Positions 29,451 to 40,522 of a DNA stretch of 64,000 nucleotides are shown here, piece by piece. Where the stretch lies: positions 1 through 64,000 of the forward strand of contig JBBIGR010000028.1 in NCBI GenBank assembly GCA_037447435.1. The letters run 5' to 3'. Below the pieces are notes generated by a model. It ran no database searches. It had not been told where the DNA came from and saw only the letters and a program-made list of their open reading frames with translations. The DNA is from Fibrobacteria bacterium (lineage in GTDB: Bacteria; Fibrobacterota; Chitinivibrionia; Chitinivibrionales; FEN-1185). A program made the translations under genes and the position numbers. Each line of letters opens with the position of its first letter. Position 1 is the first letter of the stretch.

Positions 29451-32400
29451 TCAGGGTTTTAACGCCTTCAGCTTTTGCCAGGCATCCTGAAGTTTTAAAA
29501 GAATGTCTTTTGCTTGTATCGAGTCCGGGGTCCTATTGACCATTTCGGAAATTACGGCAATCGGATGCAACAAATCATGGGCAGAGGCTGCCAAGGCAAT
29601 GACATTGTCAAAGGCCTTTGCCGCTTTTTCAAAGTCCTGCAGGATTATGGCCGCCAAACCCACATTTACCTCTATCCATAATTCATCCGGTTTTTTAGCC
29701 AATGCTTTTTCACTTTCTTCAATTGCTTTCGCATAATCGCCCATTGCGTAATAGGTAAGGCCCAAACTGCCCAACAACATCGCATCGTCGGGAGAAGCCG
29801 ACAATGCCTTGGAATAAGCCTCTACCGATTCGGCATATTTACCGAGATAATACGAAGCCAGCGCGATATTGCTCCAAGCCTCGACATCGTGCTCCGTAAC
29901 TTTTACGACTTCCGAAAACAGTGTTATCGCATCGGCATATTGCTCCTGTGCCATTTGCAAATTACCCATCGATGCCCAGGCGGCAACACGATCCGGCGTA
30001 ATATCCACCGTCTTTAAATAGGCTTTAAGCGCCTCCGAAACATTACCCAAAGCCTCCTGCGCACGGGCCAGGTTAAACCATGCTTCTCCGTTTTGCGGTT
30101 GCGCTTCGACAATGGCGGAATAAATTTCTATTGCGTCCGCATGTTTTCCCAACGCGTGCAGACACAACGCGTAATTCATTTTTGCGTTACTATTTTCAGG
30201 CTCAATTTCCAAGGTCCGGCGGTAGAGCTTTGCGGCGTCTTCAAACCTGCCGAGCGCATGCATCGACAAAGCTGTCGTATATAACGATTCTTTATGGTCC
30301 GATTTCATTTCGATTGCATGAGATAAAAGCTCTATTGCCTCATTGTACTCATTCAAATAATAGCTGCATTGTCCGGCATTAAACCATCCCTCCAAGGTAT
30401 TTTGGGATTTCAATGCCTCGCAAAACGCCTTGTACGCCTCTTCATATTTGGCCGTCTCCTTATATGCCGCTCCCAAACCGAACCATGCATCGTATTGGCT
30501 TGGAACAAGGGCAACCGCCTTTTCAAATGCAAATATCGCCTGTTCAAATTTATCCGACCGTGATTGGGCCGTGCCCAGCAAACGCCAAGCATCTTCCTTG
30601 TCCGGCGCAATTTGCGTCGCGCGGGAAAAGGCGGCATCCGCGTCCCGGTTATTTCCAATTTGCAAATAAGCCTGTCCCATTTTGAAATACGCCTCATAAT
30701 GATCGGGCGACAGTTCGACCGTTTTTTTGAAGCTCTCTATCGCCTGCTCGGGCCGGTCGATTGCGACAAAGGCGATTGCCTTATTGAACCAGATGTCGAA
30801 CCGTTGCGGCTCCAGCGCCAGCGCTTTTTCATAGGGCGCGATTGCTTCTTCGTAGCGCGACAATGCATGAAGCGATAACCCGGTATTGTACCAGGCTTCC
30901 GAAAAATCGGGTTTGGCGTTTGTTGCTTTTACATATGAATCGAGCGCCTGGGCATACCGATTGCACAGAAAATGCGCGTTCCCCAAATTATTGAACGCCT
31001 CGGCATATTGAGGATTATTGATAATCGCCTTTTCATATGCCAATACCGCATCGTCGATACGGTTCGCCGCGGAATATGCCATGCCGAGCCCGTTGTACGC
31101 CTCCGAAAAATCATCCTTCAGTTCCGTTGCTTTTGTAAATGCGGTTATCGCTTTGGCGGTGTCCTGTGCAAGTAACGCGGCATGGCCGAGGGTATAATGC
31201 AATTGCGGATCGCTGTCGTTTATCACAGCGGCATCTTCAAAGGCTTTAACCGAATCCGCATAGGACCTAAGCGCGAACAATTCCTGGCCAACAAGCATCG
31301 ACGCTTCCCAATAGTCGGAACGAATTGCCAATGCTTTCCTCGCTGAGTCGATTGCTTCATGATGCCAATCCCGGGCCGCCTGACAATACCCTTTTTCATA
31401 CCATAGCTCCGCATCATCGGGGCGCAATTCGTTTGCACGGGCAAGCGCACGAATCGCTTCATCGAATTTTTCCTGTTCCTTCAGGCTTTTCCCAAGGCCC
31501 GCAAATACTTCGGCACTGCCTTCGAAAAGATCCGCAGCGCGCTGATACGATGCCTGTGCCGCCGCAAAAGATCCGCAGGCGAACTGTTCCCTGCCCAGCG
31601 CCGCATGCAAGTCCCATCGGTCGGGTTTAAGCGCCGCAGCCTTTGCAAAAGCGTCTTGCGCCTGAACATGCCTCAGCAGTAACGCATGGCATCTGCCGAG
31701 TCCGTACCACGCGTCGAACAAGCCCGGCCTTATTTCCGCGACGCGCCCATAAGCCATGATGGCATTATCATAGCGGTCCGCGTTGAAAAACGCATTGCCG
31801 ACCGATAAAAACCCTTTTGCGAGCGTTTCGGCAAACGTGTCCGATTCGTCGGCAAACGCCTCGCACTGTTCCAGATCATCGAAAGCATTTTCAAATTCCG
31901 CAAGGCCGACAACCATACTGGCTCTATACAAATGCAATAACGCCGCTTGCGGTTTCGACAAAAGGTCGATCGACGCTTCGAGCACCGACAAAAGCGAACG
32001 TTCATTCGCCTGCGGAAGTATCGCCTGCCACAGCGGACGCCGAACCGCCTCCAAAAGACCCGATGAAAGCGTTTTGTAGAATGAAACATGGTCGGGCGGC
32101 AAAACCAAAACGAACTCATTGATGACGCCGAGGATTTTTCCGGCAAGCATCGGATTATACAACAGGCATTCGCAAAAACAACCGGGTATTACCCGTCTCA
32201 CATCGTCCTGACGGGTCCACAGCAAACTCGAAAGATAACCGATAAACGCGCGCGCGAACCGCTCGTCTGAATATCTTTTGTCAATTGCCGGAACCGCGAT
32301 GGAAAGCTGTTTTAATTCTTCGGCAAAAAGCGCCGTCGTATGTTCCGAAAATTCCACGACTATCTTTTTCAAATCCTCGGAATAGCCCTCCATACAGAGG

Positions 32401-33683
32401 GTTCTGATGCGTTGCCGCACGGCAGGGTGTAAAATCCGATCCGTAAAAAACGGATAATGGTCCGAAAGTTCGGAAATTTCGGCGCCCACGTCGGCATAGG
32501 CGCAATTCCACAACGACGCGATGACCTTGCTGTCGTATTCATGCAGCAATGCGCAATGGACAATATGCGAAAGATTTGCTTTATCGATAGGCATCGAAAG
32601 AAAGTTGTCCACAATGGCATTGATACCGTTTTCAAGCCCGGGTTTCGAACCCAGCAAGGCGAGAAATTCGGCAATCGGCTTGCCGTCCTTGGCAATAGAT
32701 AAAATATCCCGGACAATCAGGGGAATGCCGCCGCTGACGGACTCGATCTGCGCCCCATCCGCAGTCACCCGCAGCGCCTGCGCCCATTCTTCGATATCCC
32801 GTATCGTCAACGTTTCGTTTTCACAGGAAAAGTGGTATAACAATTCGTCGTCGAAGGTATTGCGGAAATCGCGGATAACGGTTTCACTGCCGGCGCATAT
32901 GACGATTATTTTCCCCACACGTTCGAATAATTTCGCCAAAAATGCCGACCTGAACCAATCGATGTTCTCTTTTGTACCGAGCTTTTCAAGGTTGTCGATC
33001 AGTATCACGGTCACCATTTCCGTCGAAAGGCCCATCAGCCCGTTGACAATGGCTTTTACCGAACGTGCGGCCGCATTTTCAAATAAATCAACATCTTCGT
33101 CCGGAAGAGACTTTTGCTCCTTAAGGCGGCGCAGTATTGCGGCCTGCGCAGAATACGTATCCACGGGCGCGAGGGGGGGTGCGGCTATGGCTTCGGCATT
33201 GTGCGAAGCCGCTGTCCGTACCGCCTCGGGCTTAGCTTCAAGTGCAAAAAATGAGGCGGTTTTTTCCCGAATATGGTTTAATCTGCGCGCAACGGATTCA
33301 TATTCGGTAAACTTTTCCGCAATGGATAGTGCATCGTCGCCGACAATCGAATAAATGTATCGGACGATTTCGTCTGCGTCCGGTGCGATCGAACTTTTCG
33401 CAAACAAAGGCGCATTGAAATCAAAATGTATTTGTTTGATGCTTTTTTTACTGTCGTCCGCAACCTTGTCGACAACAGACGCCATTTGCGAAACAAGCGA
33501 TGTTTTTCCCAAACCGTCTTTGCCGTGCAGTAAAAAAAACCGAGGTTGCAACCCGTTTTCTTCCTGGTTTTTTTTCCTTACTTTTTGGGATTTCTGATCT
33601 TTTGGATCGGCTAAAAGCCCCATAAGGGATTCTTTGAATTCCCTGAGTATGACTCTGCGTCCGACAAAAATTTCCTTACCCAT
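29451..33683 (-). CDS. STAND/AAA_16-like ATPase with long C-terminal TPR array
   Basis: FVGR motif, Walker A HGKDGLGKT, Walker B VILIDNLE, SGGIP, more than 20 TPR-like units. Confidence 0.85.
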   Translation of the reverse strand: MGKEIFVGRRVILREFKESLMGLLADPKDQKSQKVRKKNQEENGLQPRFFLLHGKDGLGKTSLVSQMASVVDKVADDSKKSIKQIHFDFNAPLFAKSSIAPDADEIVRYIYSIVGDDALSIAEKFTEYESVARRLNHIREKTASFFALEAKPEAVRTAASHNAEAIAAPPLAPVDTYSAQAAILRRLKEQKSLPDEDVDLFENAAARSVKAIVNGLMGLSTEMVTVILIDNLEKLGTKENIDWFRSAFLAKLFERVGKIIVICAGSETVIRDFRNTFDDELLYHFSCENETLTIRDIEEWAQALRVTADGAQIESVSGGIPLIVRDILSIAKDGKPIAEFLALLGSKPGLENGINAIVDNFLSMPIDKANLSHIVHCALLHEYDSKVIASLWNCAYADVGAEISELSDHYPFFTDRILHPAVRQRIRTLCMEGYSEDLKKIVVEFSEHTTALFAEELKQLSIAVPAIDKRYSDERFARAFIGYLSSLLWTRQDDVRRVIPGCFCECLLYNPMLAGKILGVINEFVLVLPPDHVSFYKTLSSGLLEAVRRPLWQAILPQANERSLLSVLEASIDLLSKPQAALLHLYRASMVVGLAEFENAFDDLEQCEAFADESDTFAETLAKGFLSVGNAFFNADRYDNAIMAYGRVAEIRPGLFDAWYGLGRCHALLLRHVQAQDAFAKAAALKPDRWDLHAALGREQFACGSFAAAQASYQRAADLFEGSAEVFAGLGKSLKEQEKFDEAIRALARANELRPDDAELWYEKGYCQAARDWHHEAIDSARKALAIRSDYWEASMLVGQELFALRSYADSVKAFEDAAVINDSDPQLHYTLGHAALLAQDTAKAITAFTKATELKDDFSEAYNGLGMAYSAANRIDDAVLAYEKAIINNPQYAEAFNNLGNAHFLCNRYAQALDSYVKATNAKPDFSEAWYNTGLSLHALSRYEEAIAPYEKALALEPQRFDIWFNKAIAFVAIDRPEQAIESFKKTVELSPDHYEAYFKMGQAYLQIGNNRDADAAFSRATQIAPDKEDAWRLLGTAQSRSDKFEQAIFAFEKAVALVPSQYDAWFGLGAAYKETAKYEEAYKAFCEALKSQNTLEGWFNAGQCSYYLNEYNEAIELLSHAIEMKSDHKESLYTTALSMHALGRFEDAAKLYRRTLEIEPENSNAKMNYALCLHALGKHADAIEIYSAIVEAQPQNGEAWFNLARAQEALGNVSEALKAYLKTVDITPDRVAAWASMGNLQMAQEQYADAITLFSEVVKVTEHDVEAWSNIALASYYLGKYAESVEAYSKALSASPDDAMLLGSLGLTYYAMGDYAKAIEESEKALAKKPDELWIEVNVGLAAIILQDFEKAAKAFDNVIALAASAHDLLHPIAVISEMVNRTPDSIQAKDILLKLQDAWQKLKALKP

Positions 33684-33843
33684 TTTTTTGTCCTTGTTTC
33701 GCGTTAGTTCTCATACGATCCTTAATAATATAGATTCCCGAATTATGCCGGAAAAAAAATAATCTTGCCAAAACCGAAAAGTAATTGGCCAATTGCGTGG
33801 GTCATATTTATTTTACATGTATACTCTGTCAAAGGAGACCTGT

Positions 33844-34260
33844 ATGAAAAAATCATGCGGTATCGCATTAATCGCGACCATCGCTTTTTGTCTTTTGTGT
33901 GCCTGCCTTGCCCGTGAAACCGTCAAGGTCAACGAAAACCCTGCAAAAAAATCGCATTCACTAACCGCCGGCGGTGGTAACGGCACCTCGTACGACAGCG
34001 CCGTTGTGTTGACCGGCGGTAATAACTTAAGCGCCGCAGTCGAGGGAGAATACGACTTCCTCTCCAAACTGTTCGGTGAAAAAGATAAAGATTGGAAAGT
34101 ATCCGAACAAACGACCGTCACCGAAAACAACAAGAATTACAATATGCTCCAGGTTGAAATATTCAAAACCAATGAAAAGCATTTTTATTATTTCGACGTC
34201 ACCTGGTATACTAAAAAAGCAAAACGTCAAAAAGAAGACAATGCCGATACGACCAAGTAA
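33844..34260 (+). CDS. Hypothetical exported protein or lipoprotein
   Basis: SD AAGGAG; hydrophobic leader ending LLCAC; GGNGTSYDSAVV...YYFDVT. Confidence 0.7.
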   Translation: MKKSCGIALIATIAFCLLCACLARETVKVNENPAKKSHSLTAGGGNGTSYDSAVVLTGGNNLSAAVEGEYDFLSKLFGEKDKDWKVSEQTTVTENNKNYNMLQVEIFKTNEKHFYYFDVTWYTKKAKRQKEDNADTTK

Positions 34261-34993
34261 GTCAATTGCCAAAGCTGCCCTTGTTACCGGCGGCGCGCAA
34301 CGGATCGGGGCCCAAATCGTCCGGACCTTGGCAAAAAACGGAATATCGGTGGTCGTCCATTACAATTCATCTGCCAAAAAAGCAAACGATTTGGCCGAGT
34401 CTATACGGCAATACGGCGTTTCCTCATGGACAATCGAAACCGATCTTAGCGACCAAAACGACTGTGCGCGGCTTGTTTCCCGCGCAACCGCGCTTGCTCG
34501 ACGGCCCATTTCCATTCTTGTCAATAACGCTTCGATATATCCGGAAAATTCCTTTTCCTCCATGACCTTCGACGACCTTGTCGAATGCGTCAACATAAAC
34601 GCCTTCGCGCCGCTCGTGCTGATGCGGTCGTTTTCCATCCAAGTTCCCAAATCCGGAGGCACGATAGTCAATATTCTCGACAACAGGATAACCGATCGCG
34701 ATAAAAACCATGCCGCCTACTTGCTCAGCAAACAAATGTTCGCCACCCTTACTAAAACAGCGGCAATCGAATTCGCTCCGCATGTTCGCGTCAACGGTAT
34801 TGCGCCCGGTCTCATTTTGCCGCCCAAAGGTAAAACAACGGCATTTTTAAAACGCCTGGAAAATACCGTTCCGCTTGGCCGCCACGGTTCGGCGCAAGAC
34901 ATAGCCGATGCGGTCATGTTCAGCATTGCCAGTCCATTTTTAACCGGCGATATACTTTATTTGGATGGCGGAAAACATCTATATAGCCGCTAA
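34241..34993 (+). CDS. SDR oxidoreductase, pteridine reductase/FolM-like
   Basis: ALVTGGAQRIG, LVNNAS, Y.LSK and RVNGIAPG motifs. Confidence 0.85.
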   Translation: MPIRPSKSIAKAALVTGGAQRIGAQIVRTLAKNGISVVVHYNSSAKKANDLAESIRQYGVSSWTIETDLSDQNDCARLVSRATALARRPISILVNNASIYPENSFSSMTFDDLVECVNINAFAPLVLMRSFSIQVPKSGGTIVNILDNRITDRDKNHAAYLLSKQMFATLTKTAAIEFAPHVRVNGIAPGLILPPKGKTTAFLKRLENTVPLGRHGSAQDIADAVMFSIASPFLTGDILYLDGGKHLYSR

Positions 34994-35056
34994 AACGCCC
35001 GTTTTCCGTGTAAAAAGGTCTGTTTTCCTTTCCGGATCAGTGGTATACTTGTACTA

Positions 35057-37672
35057 ATGGCCAAATACTCTCATCGAGACAAATCCAATAAACCGGTTAT
35101 CGGCCTTTTTATTGAAAACGCCGCTGCGTTTTATCAAACCGGGCTTTTAATCGGCGTCAATGAAACCGTTAAAAACCGCGGGGCAAGTTTGATTTGCGTG
35201 CCCGGATACGGCGCCGATGAACCGTCGGTCGCCAGCGGTTTCAACGCATTATACAATCATATCAGTGCCGCAGACCTCGACGGGCTCATAGTCCCGTCAT
35301 CGCCTTCAAGTACATTGACGCAAGATAAATTCACCGAACTTTCCCGGCGCTATTCGCCGATGCCCATGGTAAGCATAGGGAAAATCAACGATCATATTCC
35401 CGCGGTCACGGTCGACAACGAATCCGGATTCAAAAACCTGCTTCATCACCTTTTGGAAATGCATCGGTACCGTAATTTGGTTTTTGTCCGCGGACCAAAA
35501 GACAATGAAAATTCAAACGGCCTTCATCGCGTTTTTGCCGAAGTCATGGAAGAATTCGGATTTATTGTCGATCAACGAAACGTCATATTCCAAGAGCAGA
35601 CAAAAGACGGCGGCGAACGCGCCGTCGCAACGCTTCTTGATTATAGGAAAATACCCTGCGACGCCATCGTTACGGCGTCCGACGAAATTGCTTTGGGCGT
35701 CATGAATGCGCTTAGCCTTCGGGACATTCGCGTTCCCTACGACATTGCGGTAACCGGGTTCGACGATACCGAAGAATCGGGCTTTGTTACCCCACCCCTA
35801 ACCACGGTACGCCAGCCGTTGTACAACATCGGCGTGCAGGCCGCCGAAACGATACTCGATCTTATCGAAGGTAAAGCGATTTCCAATCGGGTTTTTTTGT
35901 CGACCGACATTATTATACGTCAATCTTGCGGTTGCGCGTACGGCGCCAATGTGGAAAAAATCATTGCACGGCATAGCTACGAACAAAAACGACGGCCGCG
36001 GGGAGCGCCCGCAATTCAGGAAGACCACATCATTCACGAAATGATGGAAGTGGTTTCCCAGGCTTCCTCGCCGCTTAAAAAAATGCCTGCCGATGCTGAT
36101 TCGGCCAGGAGAATTTTCCGGTCGTTTTTTGTCGATGTCAAACAAAAATTAAAAAACGTTTTTTTACCCGTTCTCGACGATGTGGTGCGCGACACGATTG
36201 CCCACGGCGGCGAAGCAACGGCATGGCAAGACGCTCTGTGGGTATTACAGAATTACGCCGCGGAAATATTGACTGTTGCAGAAATTCGGATTGCCGAATC
36301 GCTGCTTCAGCAAGCAAGGCTTTCCATAGCCGAAGCTGCCCGACGTGCGGTCGGGTTCAACAAACTACAAGAACAATCCCTTATCGTCACCATTCGGAAA
36401 TTGGTACAACTCCTTTCAACCTCCTTTGATCTCGAGCGCCTCATTACGCTCATTGCCGACGGCCTTTGTTCAATCGGCATTTCGCGCGGGCACCTGGTTC
36501 TTTGCGGGGAAAAAGCCGGGGCCCTTGTTTTGCCTTCCTTGCTTGCCGGTCCCCACCCGTCTTCCGGTTCTATTCTTGTTTTGTCGTACGACGGCCATAA
36601 ACGGCTGCGCTTCGACACGGGCGGCTATATGTTTCCCGGCAACCAATTGTTGCCTTCCGAAATGCTCAAACGCGACCATCAATTTTCCCTTGTCGTCATG
36701 CCCCTTCTTTTGGGAGGCGAATTGTCGGGCTATCTTGTACTCGAAACGCAATCGTCCCGCTTTCCCCTTTTCGAAATCCTTGCGGAGCAAATTTCAAGCG
36801 CGTTGAATGCCGCAATACTGGTTCAAAAAATCCAGGACCAAACCAACGACATCGCGATTTCCAATCGCCAGCTCGAATGGGAAATACTTCAACGTAAAAA
36901 AGCGCAGGAAGAACTTATCGCCGCCAAAGACGCCGCGGAAAACGCGAACAAATACAAAAGTCTTTTTCTTGCAAGCATGAGCCATGAATTGCGAACCCCG
37001 CTTAATTCCATCGTCGGTTTCAGCGAAATGCTTACCGAAGACGCCATGGAAAAACGCGACGAAATCCTGGTAAAGGATTTACAAAAAATCAGGGGCTCGG
37101 CGATCCATTTGCGCGCAATTGTCAACGACATTCTCGATCTTTCAAAAATCGAGGCCGGTAAGATGAGCCTTTATCTTGAAGATTTCGACGTCGGGCTTGT
37201 CGTAACCGAAGCGTTTGAAACTTTAAAACCGCAAATCACTAATTCCAACGTTGAAATCCGGCATTTTTTCGACAAAGAAATCGGGACAATGCATGCCGAT
37301 ATGACAAAAGTCCGTCAACTGGTCCTGAATATCCTTTCGAACGCGATCAAGTTTACAAAAGAAGGAAGCGTCAGCCTGACGGTCAAACGGATCACGAATT
37401 ACCATGCCGATTGGATTTATTTTATCATCACCGACACGGGAATCGGAATGACCAACGAACAAGTCGCGCATGTGTTTGAAAAATTCACCCAGGCCGAAGC
37501 TTCAACGTCCAGAAATTACGGCGGCACCGGATTAGGGCTTGCCATCAGCAAAAGTTTGTGCAAGCTTATGGGAGGGGACATTGCCGTTAAAAGCGCTATC
37601 GGCGTCGGCACCGAATTCACCATCATGCTGCCGGCCATCGTTGTTTCGGTAGACACAAAGGAAGAACCATGA
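35057..37672 (+). CDS. Histidine kinase with N-terminal LacI-type sugar-binding domain
   Basis: VPYDIAVTGFDD, PPLTTVRQP, IRQSCGC; H-box FLASMSHELRTPL; N, G1 and G2 boxes. Confidence 0.9.
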   Translation: MAKYSHRDKSNKPVIGLFIENAAAFYQTGLLIGVNETVKNRGASLICVPGYGADEPSVASGFNALYNHISAADLDGLIVPSSPSSTLTQDKFTELSRRYSPMPMVSIGKINDHIPAVTVDNESGFKNLLHHLLEMHRYRNLVFVRGPKDNENSNGLHRVFAEVMEEFGFIVDQRNVIFQEQTKDGGERAVATLLDYRKIPCDAIVTASDEIALGVMNALSLRDIRVPYDIAVTGFDDTEESGFVTPPLTTVRQPLYNIGVQAAETILDLIEGKAISNRVFLSTDIIIRQSCGCAYGANVEKIIARHSYEQKRRPRGAPAIQEDHIIHEMMEVVSQASSPLKKMPADADSARRIFRSFFVDVKQKLKNVFLPVLDDVVRDTIAHGGEATAWQDALWVLQNYAAEILTVAEIRIAESLLQQARLSIAEAARRAVGFNKLQEQSLIVTIRKLVQLLSTSFDLERLITLIADGLCSIGISRGHLVLCGEKAGALVLPSLLAGPHPSSGSILVLSYDGHKRLRFDTGGYMFPGNQLLPSEMLKRDHQFSLVVMPLLLGGELSGYLVLETQSSRFPLFEILAEQISSALNAAILVQKIQDQTNDIAISNRQLEWEILQRKKAQEELIAAKDAAENANKYKSLFLASMSHELRTPLNSIVGFSEMLTEDAMEKRDEILVKDLQKIRGSAIHLRAIVNDILDLSKIEAGKMSLYLEDFDVGLVVTEAFETLKPQITNSNVEIRHFFDKEIGTMHADMTKVRQLVLNILSNAIKFTKEGSVSLTVKRITNYHADWIYFIITDTGIGMTNEQVAHVFEKFTQAEASTSRNYGGTGLGLAISKSLCKLMGGDIAVKSAIGVGTEFTIMLPAIVVSVDTKEEP

Positions 37673-38826
37673 TAAAACCCAGCCATGTCCTCATTGTCGA
37701 CGACAATGCCGACAATCGCGACCTTCTCGCAAGGATACTGACCAAACAGGGGCATACTTCGGCCATGGCCACCAATGGACAGGAAGCGCTTTCACTGCTT
37801 GCCGCGACGCCGTTCGATCTTGTTCTTCTCGATATCATGATGCCGGTATTGAACGGCATAGAAACGCTGCGTCGCCTATCGCAAGACCAGTCATTATGCC
37901 ATATTCCCGTTATCGTGGTTTCGGCGATCGACGACGTTGAAAATGTCGTCGCCTGCATCGAACTTGGGGCCGAAGATTATTTATTCAAACCTGTCAATAA
38001 GGTCATCTTGAACGCGCGCGTATCGACGTGCCTGGAAAAAAAGAGGCTTCGCGATCAGGAACAGGCGTATATGGCCCACGTCAGGCAGGAACTCGAACTC
38101 GGCAGGCAAATACAATCCGATTTCCTTCCGGCCGTTCTGCCCGATCCAAAAGGGTGGGAATGTTCATTTTCGTTTATTCCCGCCTTTGAAGTCGCGGGCG
38201 ACTTTTACGACATGTTTATGCTGCAGGAAACCAAGTTATGCATCGTCATCGCCGATGTCTGCGGCAAAGGCGTGGGCGCTGCGTTGTTCATGGCATTGGT
38301 TCGCAGCCTCATGCGCGCCTTTGCGGAACAGGGACACGACGGCACGCACCGCATTTTGCATGCGGTTAAATTAACAAACGATTATATAATCAAACATCAT
38401 CGGCAAAAAAAAAGCTACATGTTCGCGACACTTTTTTTCGGAGTGCTCGATACGATAACCGGCGTCATCGAATACACCACTGCCGGCCATTACCCTCCCC
38501 TAATTTTAGGGAAACAAGCAACGGTCCGGTCTTTGGAATTATGCGGTCCTGCCCTCGGAATAACCGGAAGCGCGACATTTGCAATTAAGAATAGCGTGCT
38601 CGAACCCGGGGAAATCATGTTTGCCTATACCGACGGCGTTATCGAGGCAAAAAACGAAGAAGAACATCTTTATTCCCAGGAACGCCTTCTTTCCGTTTTG
38701 CAAAACCCGGTAAAAAATGCCCACGCCCTTCTGGAGGCGATCGAAAAAAGTATCACCGCCCATACGGGAACTGCCCAATCGTCCGACGACATCACCATGG
38801 TGGCTGTCAAACGGGAAATCCCGTGA
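37669..38826 (+). CDS. Response regulator with SpoIIE/PP2C phosphatase output
   Basis: LIVDD, DIMMP receiver; VAGDFYD, ADVCGKG, YTDG and DDIT motifs. Confidence 0.92.
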   Translation: MIKPSHVLIVDDNADNRDLLARILTKQGHTSAMATNGQEALSLLAATPFDLVLLDIMMPVLNGIETLRRLSQDQSLCHIPVIVVSAIDDVENVVACIELGAEDYLFKPVNKVILNARVSTCLEKKRLRDQEQAYMAHVRQELELGRQIQSDFLPAVLPDPKGWECSFSFIPAFEVAGDFYDMFMLQETKLCIVIADVCGKGVGAALFMALVRSLMRAFAEQGHDGTHRILHAVKLTNDYIIKHHRQKKSYMFATLFFGVLDTITGVIEYTTAGHYPPLILGKQATVRSLELCGPALGITGSATFAIKNSVLEPGEIMFAYTDGVIEAKNEEEHLYSQERLLSVLQNPVKNAHALLEAIEKSITAHTGTAQSSDDITMVAVKREIP

Positions 38827-38873
38827 TTTAATTTATATAGAGTTGTAGCGCACGACGTCATTACAAAAGAGTA

Positions 38874-40484
38874 TTACCTGCAGACGACACGCACGTCATC
38901 GATCCACATCGCAATCTCGCAATTCTTCTTCGACCGGATTTCAATATCGAATTCATGGGCAGTGTCCGGCAATCCACCGAGCGGTAAGGATATCGTTTTC
39001 CACGTTGCAAACGAATACGCGTAATATTTTCCGCCCTTGGCCGGGCTAAACGATTCGTTGTTAAAATACAGCCATTGTTTTTCCTTGGAAATTCCGCATC
39101 GGATATTTACCGTGCCCGTGCCGAAAAGAGCCATCTTCAAACAACTGTTTGCCATGCTGCAGCCCCGGTTTAAAACCAAGGTTGCCTTTGCGGCGCAGGA
39201 ATTCGTTTTTGCGTTTCCCAAAAGCTTCAGGCTGTATGCGCCGGATTTTTTCATTGTCGTATCGCGCAATGCGGAAATCTTGGATGTTCCCGCAATGAAC
39301 CCGTTAAAACCTGTTTCAAAGCCGCTGCTTGCCGACGATTTAGGATTTGCCGGATTTTGTCCCGATAGATCGGGCAAATCCGCAAGCGGATACGGACCTT
39401 TACGAACTTTCATCAGCAGCGGAAGATGATCGGAATACCCTTCGCCGATATGAACTTTGCCTTGCTTTGTGTATCGCATTTGCCATCGATACGGTACGCC
39501 GTCCTTTAAAAGCCTGCCGTTCCACGTGAACGGAACAAACGAATTATTGACATACGACAAGCCTTTTTTATCGAATAATTGCAAAGGCAAAATAAAGTGG
39601 TCCGGCGTTTCGCGCCTTCCCTTATACATGGTCGAAAACCGGTCCTGGTCAGGCACATCCTGCCACGGGTCAAAAAGACGCAATTCCTTTTTTTCCGCGA
39701 TTGTCCTTGTCAAAGCAGGAATCTCGTCCGGTGCCGGACGGCTTGTCTTTGCACCCAGAACATGGTAAATCGCGACAATGCCTTTGGTGTCGTCGAGCCC
39801 CGCCGTATGGAACGTTTCGTTTTCATCGAAATTTTCATTGAAATCCCCTGCAACAACATAATCCTGATCCGCAGGAACCTCCTCAAGTTTCCGTTTCAGC
39901 AATTCCGCTCGGGCAACCCGTTTCGATTCGGTGTTTTTCTTCGACGGCCAATGACAGGCAAAAACGAAAAGCGTGTCGGCCCCAAGATAAATCGCCGCTT
40001 CTAAAATCGGCCTTTCGTGATACTCGTTTGAAAACAGGCCGAAACTTTTTTCCCATAGTATTGGCATTTTGGACAGGATCATCGGACGGGTATTGCTTCC
40101 GCTTTGCCGGTCGCCCATGGCATAATACGGAAAGTCGCAATTTTTTATCGCGCATCGTTTCCGCAATTCGTTCAAGGCATTTTCATTTTCCACTTCCACT
40201 AAATCAACAACATCCGGATTCGCCGCGGCAATGACCGATGCGATATTGTCGACCTTTATTCGAAACGTGTTCTGCGTCCAGTTGTTTGCATTCGGCTTGA
40301 ATTCGGGATATTCGTCGCCGTCATCTTTCATGTCGAACAGATTTTCAACGTTATAGCTCATGAGCAGGAGCGTGTCGGGGACTAAGGCATGGAAATTTCT
40401 CGGGACGCCAAGACGGTCGTGCTTTTTCTGACAGGCAAACAAAACGAGGATCATGGCAAAAAAGATAAACCGGAATATGGTCAT
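38874..40484 (-). CDS. Endonuclease/exonuclease/phosphatase family lipoprotein with C-terminal beta-sandwich
   Basis: YNVENLFD, HWPSK, GDFNE and GYSDHLP motifs; lipobox LFAC. Confidence 0.85.
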   Translation of the reverse strand: MTIFRFIFFAMILVLFACQKKHDRLGVPRNFHALVPDTLLLMSYNVENLFDMKDDGDEYPEFKPNANNWTQNTFRIKVDNIASVIAAANPDVVDLVEVENENALNELRKRCAIKNCDFPYYAMGDRQSGSNTRPMILSKMPILWEKSFGLFSNEYHERPILEAAIYLGADTLFVFACHWPSKKNTESKRVARAELLKRKLEEVPADQDYVVAGDFNENFDENETFHTAGLDDTKGIVAIYHVLGAKTSRPAPDEIPALTRTIAEKKELRLFDPWQDVPDQDRFSTMYKGRRETPDHFILPLQLFDKKGLSYVNNSFVPFTWNGRLLKDGVPYRWQMRYTKQGKVHIGEGYSDHLPLLMKVRKGPYPLADLPDLSGQNPANPKSSASSGFETGFNGFIAGTSKISALRDTTMKKSGAYSLKLLGNAKTNSCAAKATLVLNRGCSMANSCLKMALFGTGTVNIRCGISKEKQWLYFNNESFSPAKGGKYYAYSFATWKTISLPLGGLPDTAHEFDIEIRSKKNCEIAMWIDDVRVVCR

Positions 40485-40522
40485 GGCATATTGTCTTTCT
40501 GCCGATTCTTACTCTGGCCGGA

